DNA from: Octopus sinensis | Taxonomy: Eukaryota | Length of the DNA stretch: 64,000 bases | Direction: 5' to 3' | NCBI RefSeq assembly: GCF_006345805.1 | Contig: NC_043010.1 | Location: forward strand, 65,410,001-65,474,000 | Part shown: positions 1-13,423 of the stretch, in pieces | Numbering within the stretch: position 1 is the stretch's first letter | How the letters are laid out: every line of letters starts with the position of its first letter | The notes under the pieces: generated by a model | The model's database searches: none | The model's input: only the letters and a program-made list of their open reading frames with translations | What the model was told of the DNA's origin: nothing | Program-made: the position numbers and the translations under genes

Positions 1-125
1 TATGAAATAAGGGGTTATCACGGCAGGGAAGCCTTTGTTCATACGGCTGCTCGTTGAGGGTCTGACCTGAGGATAAACATGAGGATAGCTACAACAGCAA
101 CAACAACTTTATTATCACAACTACT

Positions 126-635
126 TCAACATTTAAGTTCAGTTCAACATTTAAATTTAATTTGTCAAAATATTTTCGTCGCTTTGAGACCCCGACCTGT
201 TCACTGACAAAAATCCGTAACAAAATATTTTCGTCGCTTTGAGACCCCGACCTGTTCACTGACAAAAATCCGTAACAAAATATTTTCGTCGCTTTGAGAC
301 CCCCGACCTGTTCACTGACAAAAATCCGTGACAAAATATTTTCGTCGCTTTGAGACTCCGACCTGTTCACTGACAAAAATCCGCGACAAAATATTTTCGT
401 CGCTTTGAGACCCCGACCTGTTCACTGACAAAAATCCGTGCTGCACGGATTTTTGTCAGTGAACAGGTCGGGGTCTCAAAGCGCCGAAAACATTTTGAGA
501 AATTAAATTTTTAAATTTAAATGTTGAAGTGAATCTAACGGATTTTGTGTGTTTTTTAAATGGTTAATAAATACCTTCCACGCTGCAATTATTTTCGTTC
601 CAGCACACGATCACAGATCAGGTCACTTGCTATGC
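126..635. repeat. Foldback element: five tandem 55-bp units plus one inverted unit, within a MITE-like repeat
   Basis: Units start at 166, 221, 276, 332, 387; 3-nt loop 441-443; inverted unit 444-497; end sequence 599-635 is the reverse complement of 45266-45302. Confidence 0.85.
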
Positions 636-1217
636 AACTACATCTCCGTAATATATATATACATATATATATATGTATGTGTGTGTGTGTGTGTGTGTCT
701 GTCTGTCTGTGTGTCTGTGTGTGTATGTATGTATGTATGTATGTATGTATATATGTATGTATGTATAATTTTAAAAGATTGAAAGCGAGTTCGTCCTTTT
801 GTGGAGTAATTTCCAAAAGATTTCTAACATTGTTTCTCCATACTTTACTTTTGAATATACTAGTGTAACTCAGTGTTGATATGAAAGCTTATATATAAAA
901 TACTAAGTATATGAATCAACTTCTTCAGCAAATTGATTCATAATTATGTAATATGGAGGAGATTAGATGTCAAAATAGATTATAGTTTATTTTTCCGCAT
1001 GTAGCTATACAATTTAGCCTCCTACACATTCGTAATAGAAAAATCTGAGTTGTCAGAAAGTACTCGTCGGTAGCCGAGATAAAAAAAAAACTCAAGTACA
1101 TTGGTATGGTGTTGTTTATTGTTCTTGGAGTCATGTCTATTTTAAACAGGATTCATATACTTAATAGTTATACATACATACATACATACATACACACACA
1201 GATAGATAGATAGATAA

Positions 1218-1299
<82 letters not shown>

Positions 1300-1300
<1 letters not shown>

Positions 1301-1527
1301 CTCTTTTACTCTTTTACTTGTTTCAGTCATTTGACTTTGGCTATGCTGGAACACCGCCTTTAGTCGAGCCAATCAACCCCAGGACTTATTTTTGTAAGCC
1401 TAGTACTTATTGTATTGGTCTTTTTTGCCGAACTGCTAAGTTATGGGACGTAAACACACCAGCATTGGTTGTCAAGCGATGTTGGTGGGACAAACACAGA
1501 CACACACACACACGCACATATATATAT

Positions 1528-1572
<45 letters not shown>

Positions 1573-1750
1573 GTGTGTGTGTATACGACGGGCTTCTGTC
1601 AAGTTTCCGTCTACCAAATCCACTCACAAAGCTTTGGTCGGCCCGAGGCTATAGTAGAAGACACTTGCCCAAGGTGCCACGCTGTGGGACTGAACTCGAA
1701 ACAATGTGGTTCGTAAGCAAGCTACTTACCACACACAGCCACTCCTACGC
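1300..1750 (-). mobile_element. tRNA-derived SINE family A, full length
   Basis: Head ggcgcaggagtggctgtgtggtaag...ggttcagtccc (A/B-box-like), ttgggcaagtgtcttc core, internal microsatellite, (AAAAGAGT)n tail. Other copies at about 13229-13560(+), 21335-21772(+), 29050-29500(-), 32632-32715, 34518-34690(+), 36738-37288(-), 41325-41440(+), 43145-43305(-), 53432-53596(-). Confidence 0.9.
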
Positions 1751-2630
1751 ACATATATATATATATATAAGAGTCAAGGATCTAATTGTGGGAAGATAGT
1801 AAGCTTCGAGAAGTCCCTGTTAGATATAAAAAAACAATGTTCAGGGAGAATAATATTTTATTAGCATCGAAGATTGTCAGCTTTTCCTATATCGAAGTTC
1901 GAAAAGCTGAAAACATTTTTTTATACCTCAAAATTGCCATCTTGAGTTGCTGAGGGAATGGAGCAGGTAAAATTCAAACTACTCATGCTTCCTAGCAAGA
2001 AGATTCTCTGATATGATAATTACTCAACGAGGGGTACTCAGACAGGTACACATGTGTAATTAAGGTATCTTTGGCCTGGTGAGTCGCTGGCTGAGTAACC
2101 CTCGTTGAATGATACTAACATCAGGGGATCTGCTAGCAACGAAACATATGTAGTCTGAATGTTACCGGCACCACTCCCACTACCTGGATTTATATATATC
2201 AATTATAGTGAGGAAAATAAATTAAATATGCCCATTTATCCTACAAAGGTGGATTGGACTCTGATCTGCGGAGATCCAGAAGATTGATAAGTCTGATAGA
2301 AAGACGTGATGCATGTTGATTCATTGAGTGTGTGGAAAAAATTGGTACCAACTTTCTGGTCTTAACGTTTCCCCAAAAATGCAGCTGTCCCAACAAAAGC
2401 CTTCACCATAGAAGACAAATCATCTTTATGCTACAACCATCAAAATATTGGTTGCTGGGCCGTCAAACGCCGAGGTCAACAAGAGAATCCATTATGAAAA
2501 CATTTTTGTGTGAAAACGTATCTTTTTGTTTTTATTTTTGAGGAACACACGCTTGCGTTAAAAAGTTAAACTGTTTTAGTTACACAATATATATATACAT
2601 ATATATATATAAATATATGTATATATATGT

Positions 2631-2688
<58 letters not shown>

Positions 2689-2919
2689 TATTAAAATAAT
2701 TTAAACTTATAAATTTTAAAATATATACACAAATATATATATATGTATGTATATTATTTTATATTTATATATTATTTTGTTTATTAATTAATTAATTAAT
2801 TTATTTATTTATTTATTTTTATTTATTTATTTATTTTTTTTTTAAATAAATATCAAAAGTATTAAAAGTTTAATAAAAGATATATATACTTGCATATACA
2901 TACACACACATACACAGAC

Positions 2920-2956
<37 letters not shown>

Positions 2957-3315
2957 GAGAGGGGAAGAGAACAGACTGAGATAAACAGATTCATTAAGGA
3001 AGGTGTCTTTCATTATTTTCTGTTGTTATTGTAATGTAATTTAATTTTTATAAATTCTAGTCATGGAAACTCTTTATTCCTTGCCGACAAATGCCATGTT
3101 GTTTTCCAGCCCTCGAACTTCTGGTCAGGGGTCAGTTTGCAATGACCTGCCGAGGGTGTGTCTTCCATGGATTTCAACACGGATGTCTCTCCTGTACGTG
3201 ATTAGAATTGAACGTCATTTCCCCGTACTCAACGCACGGCTACTTCACCAATCGTCCTCTTTCCCACGGTTGTCCCTCACTTTAAAATGCTGTAATTCCA
3301 AGACTTTTGCATTTC

Positions 3316-3346
<31 letters not shown>

Positions 3347-3428
3347 CTCTCTCTCTCTCTTTCTCTCTCTCTCCCTTTATATATATATATATATATATTT
3401 GATTTGCCAAATAGTGGTTTTATCTCTA

Positions 3429-3477
<49 letters not shown>

Positions 3478-3808
3478 CACATATATACATACAGATATGC
3501 ACACACAAATATATTATATATGGCATACATGCATACATATTCACTTATATATATATATACACACACACACAGACGCACGCACACACACACACACACGTAC
3601 ACACACATATATATATATATATAATATGGAATTCATATGTATGCTTATATGGTGTATATATACTCATATTCATCTATATATATATATACATATGCGTGTA
3701 TAAAATATGTGTTTGTGTGTTTATGTATGTATTATATGTATATATGTATGTATATGCTTATATGCATGTATAAATTGCTTTGTCTCACTTTCGCCCTCCC
3801 CTCCCTCC

Positions 3809-3840
<32 letters not shown>

Positions 3841-4125
3841 GACACACACATTAGTATGCCTTGATAGTTGTCAATATGGATGCGCGTGTCTTTATATGAG
3901 GGAGTTTACACACGAATGTGTCAGAATATCTCTCTGCATCGATTTATATGCATCTGCATGTGTGTGTGAGTGCTGGCACGTGTGTGCATGTGTATATATG
4001 CGTGTCTGTGTAGGTGCCAGTTAATAAGTATGAATATATGTATGCCTGTGTACATTTATATGTCTCTGTGGGTGTATGTTACATGCACCGGAATACATGA
4101 GTTCCAATATATGGCCATCCGTTTA

Positions 4126-4172
<47 letters not shown>

Positions 4173-4198
4173 AGTTATATATACATATATATATATAT

Positions 4199-4250
<52 letters not shown>

Positions 4251-4324
4251 CATATATATATATACATACATATATATACATACACACGCACATATATATA
4301 TTATACATACACACACACACATAC

Positions 4325-4357
<33 letters not shown>

Positions 4358-4498
4358 CACACACGCTCATATAGTTACACAAATTCATATGACTATATAT
4401 GTGACAATATGAGCGTGTGTGTGTATATGTGTGTGTATTTATGTGTGTGTGTTTATGTGTGTGTGTGTATGTGTGTGTGTATGTGTATATGTGTGTGT

Positions 4499-4538
<40 letters not shown>

Positions 4539-5619
4539 GCATACACATGACTGATTATCAATAAGGTGTTTTGTTTCTAATTTGTCAGTCAATGCACGTA
4601 AATATGTAGCCATTGTGCGGCAGCATCTTCTCACCTAGAACCATCCCCCCTCCCGCCCCGCATTCCTGGTTCTCCCACCACCTTTGAGCCACAGAACTCA
4701 ACTAGTAAAGATGGCGTTTTAGCATAAGTGCTTCCACTGTCTTCTTTCGTTCATTCCTTTGTCTTTTTTTCTTTCTTTTCCTTTTCTTTTTGTTTCTATT
4801 TCTTCTTCTCCAACATTACTTCCCCGTCAACATTAACACCACCGCCACCACCACCACGACTCTACTGTCATAACACAATGCGACAATACGAAACTGACTC
4901 AACGCTATAACAACAGTTTATAATAACACTTTGTACAACATCCTCAAACCGTACGCAGCGTAGGAGGGGACCAACCCCTACAAATATACAGCAACTCCAG
5001 TCTGCACAGGATCCTTAAACTCAACGGAGTGGAATGCATGGAAAATTAACCGATTGTACTGACCGCAAAATCATAATTGTTATACTTATTCTAACCAATG
5101 AAATGGTGTACTTTGACTAATAGAAGTTGAGGCAAAAGCTTTCTTTGATTCACGCCCTATTATCAGAAATTGTGAGTACATGGGATTACGTAGATGTTCT
5201 ATACTGTTCTGTATTTTAGAGATGAGGAATTCTGTACGTTATTTACATTATTTACATTGGACGGATATGTGTAGAATATGGGAAATGGTATTAAGGAAGG
5301 ATGCAAAAATATTAGGTTTATAAACCCTAAAATTCACTCTATATTGCCCACGGGCATATAGCGTAATGAAGGTTGGAGAGTAAATCCGCCGAAACATTTT
5401 TGTCCAATGTAAATAATGTAAATATATGTTCTATGCCTGAAAATATACACTTTGGTTGCGGTTAGAGCTTATAACATTGTAGATCTGCTCTATCACATCT
5501 GATCTTCTCAACAACCAGAGCAACAGCAATAACTGCTACTTATTGATAGTGGTAACTTCACTGGCATTCGAACTCAGAACGCAAAGAGGGGGTAATAAAT
5601 ATATGATGTATGTCTGATG

Positions 5620-6300
5620 TTCGAGAACAACAGAAAAAATGGAGCGGGTCATTGAGAAGATCATACGTGGATACTTGGCCCGAAAAACACAAGCGATAGA
5701 AGGGATTGATCATGCTGGAGTACCAACAAGATTATGGCATCCCACTTTCAGGGTTACACCCATACAATCCATCCAATCCAGGAATAAGCGATCGCCGCCC
5801 CAAGTATCTACATCATAAAAAGACAGAAAACGTTGACAGACTGAAGACATCGACCACATTACTGACAATTGCGAAAGATTGTCTTCCTGATCTAATCTTC
5901 CCATGAGGCAAAATGCGGTGACCAAACGGTCTGGAACAGAATAACAAAAGAGAAGATAGATAGAAACGAATTTGACGATATTGAGAACGATAGATCAAAA
6001 GAATATTGGTGGAACTTAAACAGACCAAGTTAAAACATAACCGCCCAGAAAGTGTTGTATAGAACCACAAAGATATGTTCTGTTGTGGAAATTAGCTGCC
6101 TTCTGGACACGAATGTGGTAAGAAAAATACAAGAGAAAGAGGATATCTATGGACCCAAGAAACACTTTCAGCTTCATACCAACTATTACTGGAGCCAGAA
6201 GATACATGCTAACACGTCTAGAGCAAAATATGGCTGTAGTTGGGATCTTGGGGGAGACGATGCAAATCCTTAATTCATACGTTACAAATGATCACGATAT
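5620..6300 (+). mobile_element. RLE-type (R4/NeSL-like) LINE, 3' relic
   Basis: TEDIDHITDNC zinc-knuckle-like motif, YWWNL...LKHNRP, VVEISCLLDTNVVRKIQEKEDIYGP (PD-(D/E)xK restriction-like endonuclease). Confidence 0.7.
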
Positions 6301-6439
6301 CTGGGGCTAAGAAATCTGCAAGACCTCCTTAAGATTTAACGTATGTATGAAAACTATCGATGTCAGATTACAGACTCATACGCAGACAAAGACAGGATGT
6401 ATGTGTGCGTGTAGCCAAGCACAGACATACACACACACA

Positions 6440-6494
<55 letters not shown>

Positions 6495-6592
6495 TCATAC
6501 ACACACACATATGTGCATCTAGGATTACTTGTTGTAGCCCGATTTTATGATTCTTTTTCTTTTCCAACAGTCTAATCTGTTGAGTATAGATG

Positions 6593-6715
<123 letters not shown>

Positions 6716-7345
6716 GGAGTGCTAGCCTTGAAAGCGGCTGGACGTATTCTTCTCTGCCCTAACCAGTCAGCAGCCGAAGACCTAGAAACACTAATACAAC
6801 CCAGCAGAACAACTGAAAAATAACTGCCAAAACCTGGAATATCTACAATTTCTTGTATTTTAATTTTCCTTCAAAATAGGTTTAAAAACTTGCGTATATA
6901 CAGGTTTTTCTGGCCGAACACACAAATGATCATCTTTAGAAATTTTTAAACGCTAATATCTACAAATTTCTGTGGACATCTATCCTTTCCTTTCTCCCTG
7001 AGTATTCGAAAATGTAACATCCTTTTTATTGCAAGAACACTACAGTTTTCTCTGGTCGGACATGCAAACGATCATCTTCAGAAAAGTTTAAAAATTTAGT
7101 ATCTAAAATTTTCTCCGAAAATTTTTCCCTTAATTTCTCCCTGACAATGTTAGCATACATTTTATTACAACAACACTATTGAACGCATGATAAAAAATTA
7201 AGATTAGCAACTGCCAGTATACGCAAGCTGAGCAATTACGAAAACTGTATACCACAGCAAAACCTATTGGAAGAAAAGAAAAATTCAGTTATGTAAATAT
7301 CTGCATGTGTGTGCGCGCGTGTGTGTGAGTGTGTGCATATATATA

Positions 7346-7448
<103 letters not shown>

Positions 7449-7609
7449 TCTATCAGTAATTAGAACAGATCAAGAGGCGTTGGTTCTTCCCAAGGCCAAG
7501 TTCAGCGCTCTCATTGATCGCTAGTAGTAGTAAGCAAATTTGATCTCTGCTGACTGAAAATGTGTGACGCTTCTTTCGTTTCCTGTTACCTATAAATTAC
7601 TTAGTAGAT

Positions 7610-8356
7610 CCGGTTGTTAATTACAGTTTCAATGTGTTGAAAGGGAATATGAGCGAAATAAGGACGATTGACAGGAAAATATGTAAACTGCTGACTTGCA
7701 ATAAAATGCACCACCCATAGGCATATACAGGTCATCTTAACCTACCCAGAGCTCAAGGAGGTCGAGGCTTGATCCAATTTGAAGTCTCTTACAAAGCCAC
7801 AACAATTAGACTGGCACAATATCTTGAAACATCTAATGACTAAATGCTAAATCTCGTTGAAAACTAGGAGCAACGTAAGAAGCTTCATTCTGTTATGAAG
7901 GAGAGCAAAAAATTTGCTACTGAGTTTATGCATAATACACAGGTTGAACAGCATAAAGGAAGTGCAGCAACTGTAGTTGCAAAGTAGGTGAAATCAATAG
8001 CAAAGCAAAATGCGTTTGAACAATTGGGAACAAAACCTCTCTATGGCAAATATGTGGTCCGTTGCAAGCAAGCTGATGTGGACCAGAAGCACACCCGTCA
8101 CTGAATACGGAGCTCAGGACTAAAGGCAGAGAGTGAAAGCTTTATCTTGGCTGCTCAAGATCTGAGCTTGATAAGCTCAGAAAAAATTATAGATTTCCCA
8201 ATTGAAATCGAAATTATTGTAGGAGCACATGGAATGATCAACAAAGGAACTGAAAATTATTTAAGAATGATCCTTGGCTTACCATCCGTGCAAGAAGTGC
8301 AAAAGATTGTTTCGACTGGTTCGTCACACGTATTGAAAGGATCATTATCGCTGTGA
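7610..8356 (+). mobile_element. R4/Dong-like LINE relic between (TTA)n and (AAT)n tracts
   Basis: IRTIDRKICKLLTCNKMHHP, LPRAQGGRGL, GLKAESESFILAAQD, IVGAHGMI...SVQEVQKIV; 3' UTR runs into (AAT)n at about 8570. Confidence 0.8.
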
Positions 8357-8568
8357 ATTTTCTTTCCTTTTTTCCCCTTTGATTTTCTTTGCCTACATTT
8401 TTTTTTTATTTTGTCTTTCTTCCCCTTCTACTCTATCACATCACTTTGTAAAGGAACAATCTAGGGTCTTTATCTTAATTGCCTACCAGTTTATACAATG
8501 AGTTTCTCTGCCCTATGTGTCAAGAAGACACTCGGAAACAAATGGAAACGGAATTAAAAGAAGATGAA

Positions 8569-8637
<69 letters not shown>

Positions 8638-8787
8638 TTGATTTCTCCGTTAAGAAATCTCTTAATTCCTATTGAAACCTACTTCATATATGTGCGTGTG
8701 TGCATGTGCGTAAGTGTGTATAATTTTATGTATGAGTATCGTTATTCATTTTTGTGTGTATATACGTACGCGCGCACACACACACAC

Positions 8788-8857
<70 letters not shown>

Positions 8858-9780
8858 GCTACATACGTATACACGTACATAACATATTTCAATATAAAGT
8901 TACCGCATTCCTTTAATCGTATTAGCGTATTAATGACAGTTCAATATATGGTGTTGATAAGAGCCATGCTATTGATATGTAATAATCTCAGCTAAAGTGC
9001 CGTAACATCTTCGATTAAACAGTTTGAAGAACTTCAACTGAATGAGTTTCCCTTGAAGGCGATCCAATTCCTGTTATCAAAGGATCATTAGGAAAAGCTA
9101 CAAATTGAAAATCTATTTAGACATGCAAACACCTCGTCAGTTCCAACCTACAGAACAATTCCTCAACAAATTTGTAACAGACTTTAGCATCATGTAACTT
9201 TGGAAAAAGCATCCTTCAGAATAATTATTCTCCTTCTGTTAGAATATTCCTGGATTTAACCCTTACGCACCACTTCTTGAAAGTGGCAATCCGTCAGTTA
9301 CGACATTAAGGGTTCCTGCTAATCCGAACAAAATAACAGCCTGCTCGTGAAATTAACGTACAAGTGGCTGAGTACTCCAAATCTGAGAACCACGTTGAGT
9401 GTACGTGTGTCTCAAAGACACACGTACCCTTTGAGACACACGTACCCTTTGAGACACACGTACCCTCAACGTAGTTCTCAGAGAGATTCAGTGTGATACA
9501 AAATGTGACAAGGCTGTTAGTATTTTATTGACATTGTAATTTACAATTTATAATTTCATTCTGTCTTTACATTCTGAGTTCAAATTCTGCCGAGGTCGAC
9601 CTTGCCTTTCAACCTTTCGGGGTCGATAAATTAAGTACCATTTGCGTAATGGAGTCGATCTAATCGACTGGCCTCCTCCCCCAAAATTTCGGGCCTTGTA
9701 CCTAAAGTAGAAAAGATTGTAATTTACAATTTGTACACAGATCCCATTATAGATGTTTAAGAACCAGCCGTGGACAGATT

Positions 9781-9965
9781 CGTGGTTACAGTCTCTTTAA
9801 CATGGCCATCAATAAGAGCGAGGGAGAGACTCTCACGGTTGCTGGAGTTGAACTGGCAAATAAAGTGTTTGTCTCATGATCAGCTGCATGTTGAGTCAAG
9901 AAAACATCTTTTCATCGGAGAACTGCAGAGCAAGAAAAGTTGTGTACTCCAGAGATCTTAATAAA
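9781..9965 (+). mobile_element. Helitron/PIF1-type helicase C-terminal relic
   Basis: MAINKSEGETLTVAGVEL / CLSHDQLHVESR match TINKSQGQTL...CFSHGQLYV, with one frameshift. Confidence 0.7.
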
Positions 9966-10290
9966 CAAAATGTTTCTCTCAGAATTGTTTCTTTTTATGT
10001 TGAAAATCAGTTTAGAATTACTAGAAAATATATTAAGAAAGTATTTCCGTGAGTCATACCATTAAAATTATCAATAAATAGAATCTCAAATGTCCCACGC
10101 TTTCTATAAGCTAAAGGATTCCAACGTTAAACTAGCATCTACTTGGCAACAGAAATAATACAAAATCACTTGGAAAAAATAAAACGTAAAAACTTGCAGT
10201 AAGTTAAGTCAGATTAACAAACAAAAACTGTTCATATCTATCTAGCAACGGCAAATGTCAAGTCCTTGAGATAATACATACACGCATACA

Positions 10291-10321
<31 letters not shown>

Positions 10322-10341
10322 TATATACATACATATATATA

Positions 10342-10395
<54 letters not shown>

Positions 10396-10678
10396 AGAGG
10401 TTACGAAAAAACACAAAAGACGAAGACAGGTGGTGTACAAAACAAACAGATGTATTAGTATAAAGCTCGGGAATAGGAAAAGTCTTTTACGTTTCGAGCC
10501 TACGCTCTTTACAGAAGGGGACACAGACAAAATACATATATACAAAATGGGATAAGAACGCAAAACATCCGGACAGGTCATAAAGAAAGGGACAACAAAA
10601 CATCTAGCTAGACGATAAAAAGAAAACAAGGACGGGCGTTCTTGTCCCATTTTGTATTTTTCACACACACATACACAC

Positions 10679-10759
<81 letters not shown>

Positions 10760-11456
10760 TATGTATCGTATCTGTTGTGTTTAACGGATCCAGTTTTACA
10801 ATTTGGGGATGTAACAGACTGAATAATAATAATGATTTCAAATTTTGGCTCAAAGCCAGCAATTCTAAGGGAGGGATAAGTCTATTCATCAACCTCAGTG
10901 CGTGATTGGTACTTATTTTATCGATTCCAAAGGAATGAAAGGCAAAGTCGACCTTGTTGAAATTTGCTCTCAACACGTAAGGACGGACGAAATGCCGCAA
11001 AGCATTTTGATCCGGCGCGCTAACGATTCTGGTAGCTCGCCGTGTTCAGACTGACAACAATGATGCTAGATATCAATGACTAAGAATTCTAGAAAATTAA
11101 TAATTGCCTGAACAGAGTGAAGCAGCAAAATACACTTAGGAGAAAGTGAAAGCGTGAAAGAGAAAAAAGAGAGGTTGTGTGAAAGAGAGAGAAAGAGATA
11201 AAGAGGAAGAGAAAGAGAGAGAGAGAAAGAGGAAGAAAACCTCTATAAAAGCCATGGTTCCCAAGCTGACAAGTATCACACCTTCGCAAATAAGAAGTGA
11301 CATTTGTTATTGCCATAGCCTTTACGATAGAATTTACATCCATAATTTTTTTTCATTCTTCCCCAAGTTTATTGAAACTATGAATTTCATTAGACATGTA
11401 TTTTTGTCTGACCCCGTTCCAATCCTTAAACATGGATACACACACACATACGCACA

Positions 11457-11492
<36 letters not shown>

Positions 11493-11594
11493 CAGACATA
11501 CGTACATGCATACATATGTGTGTGTGTTTTAAAAAATGAGACAACAAAACTAAGGCTGTGTAGAATTTATAGAACATTTATAAAGAGAAAGGTA

Positions 11595-11642
11595 GTCTTA
11601 CAGCTGTTTCCGAGATATTAGGAATATCCCTTCATCAGGGGC
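11595..11642 (-). ncRNA. Minimal hammerhead-like motif (CAGCUG helix III family), stem I degenerate
   Basis: GCCC CUGAUGA A-GGGAUAUU-CCU-AAUAUCUC-G GAAA CAGCUG UA AGAC. Confidence 0.5.
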
Positions 11643-11826
11643 GATATGAGAGAAGTAGTAAAGTTCAATATAAGGAGTTATTTTGGAAAAGGATTGATAT
11701 AGGAAGTATAAAGGTAAATAAAAGAATAAAAATAAAGTAAAAATATATGTTAGGTGTTTCAGTTGCAGTTCCATTATCCAAGGAAAGTGTTGTGTAGATT
11801 GGGTAGAAATGCTTCTTATCCATGAT

Positions 11827-11867
<41 letters not shown>

Positions 11868-12090
11868 TTAAAAACGTATAGTAAGTAAATGCGTAAACGA
11901 AAAACAGACACAAAAGGTCCCCAGCTCATCATCAGTTATCGACCAGAGAGTCAAACAGTTTCGCACCAGGGTTTGCCTGATTGTGCATAAAAGCATATAT
12001 TAACCAATGAAATTCCAACCTAATTTGATTTCCATGTTTTATTATTTACAATTTCACAATTATATTATAACAGAATATATATTTGTCGTG

Positions 12091-12133
12091 ATAAAACTAG
12101 TACTTTCGTGCGTTACGCAATCATCAGGTTTAT
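12091..12133 (-). ncRNA. Minimal type-I hammerhead-like ribozyme, canonical core
   Basis: Minus strand AUAAAC CUGAUGA U-UGCG-UAA-CGCA-C GAAA GUAC UA GUUUUAU: stems I and II pair, helix III is the palindrome AGUACU, CUA triplet. Confidence 0.65.
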
Positions 12134-13058
12134 GCAGTAGTTGTGACAGTCGTGTTCCACAATTGACAACGCTAGTGAAATGATTCACTTGACCTTTAAA
12201 TAACTTCCGATTGGCTCCAGCAGACTGAATCTTACGAACTGTGTTTTGACCAATCAGTAACCAGCTAAGATATCATTGTTTAATGAGTGCACAACTAAGT
12301 ATTAGCTGTATTTCGATCAATCAGTATGTGGCTTAGATGTCATGGTTTAGTAGATGTGCCAAATTGGTTAGCAGTTATCCCGCTTTATTCATTGAAATAT
12401 TTTCGGCAATTGGTGAGCGCCTTAGTCGTCTCGGTATGGTGGGCACGTCAAGATTTCCTTATTTTGACCGCAATTAAAGAAATAATTGTGTGGCTATATT
12501 GAAGAATGTTGTCAATAACCTTCCTCTTTTCATTGAATTCTATTGCTACTATTCCTACAATTTTCCAGAAATTTTAGATTTCAATCAAATCAATGTTAAT
12601 ATACGTAACACTGCCAACATCATTACCGTCTCATCTATTATTGTTGTTGTTAGTGGTGGTCATGGTAGAAAGTAGTAGTGATGCAGTAGTACTTGTTTTA
12701 TTATTATCATCATTATTGCCATAATTATTTTATGTTCTCTCAAAAGTCCACAAAATACGCACACACACACACAAACACACACACACAAACACATACATGC
12801 ACACCACGCGCGTGCGCGCGCACACATATTTATATTCGGAACGCATAAAGGCAGTTTTATTCTTGAAGTGTTTAAGACTGTCTCTTCGTGTGTAAGAGAT
12901 GAAGTGCTTCGCATTAACGGAACGAAAACATGGTACGGATCTCTGTAGCCTCTGGACACTCAACACATCAATATACACATATATGCGTATAGATCGCCAT
13001 GATAGTTCACTAGCCACTACACATTCTTTATTTTCTCTCCTTGTTTCTTCCTGTGTTC

Positions 13059-13094
13059 CTTTCTGTGGAAGAGCGTAGGCTCGAAACGTTAAAG
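13059..13094 (+). ncRNA. Minimal hammerhead-like motif with A6U core
   Basis: CUUU CUGUGGA A GAGC-GUAG-GCUC GAAA CG UU AAAG; more decayed sister copy at 10484-10518 on the minus strand. Confidence 0.4.
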
Positions 13095-13188
13095 ACTTTT
13101 TCACTGCCCGAGCGTAATACTAATACATCTGTTTGTTGCCTACACCACTTGCTTTCGTTTGTTTGTTTTTTTTGTGAATTCTCCCCCT

Positions 13189-13231
<43 letters not shown>

Positions 13232-13385
13232 TAGGAAGCTTGCTTACCAACCACGTGGTTCCGAGTTCGTTCCTTACTGTGTAGCACTTGGGCAAGTGTC
13301 TTCTGCTATAGCCTCGGGCCGACCAAAGCCTTGTGACTGGATTTGGTAGACAGAAACTGAAAGATGCCTGTCGTATATATATATA

Positions 13386-13423
<38 letters not shown>

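Noticed and set aside
166-440. 55-bp, 82-bp (22088-22835) and 26-bp (60478-60920) arrays as CRISPR
   Set aside because: Units are contiguous with no unique spacers, there are no cas genes, and the context is animal genomic DNA.
3063-3300. Unique-looking N-terminus of the 236-aa ORF
   Set aside because: Runs into microsatellite, no motif recognised, no supporting splice structure.
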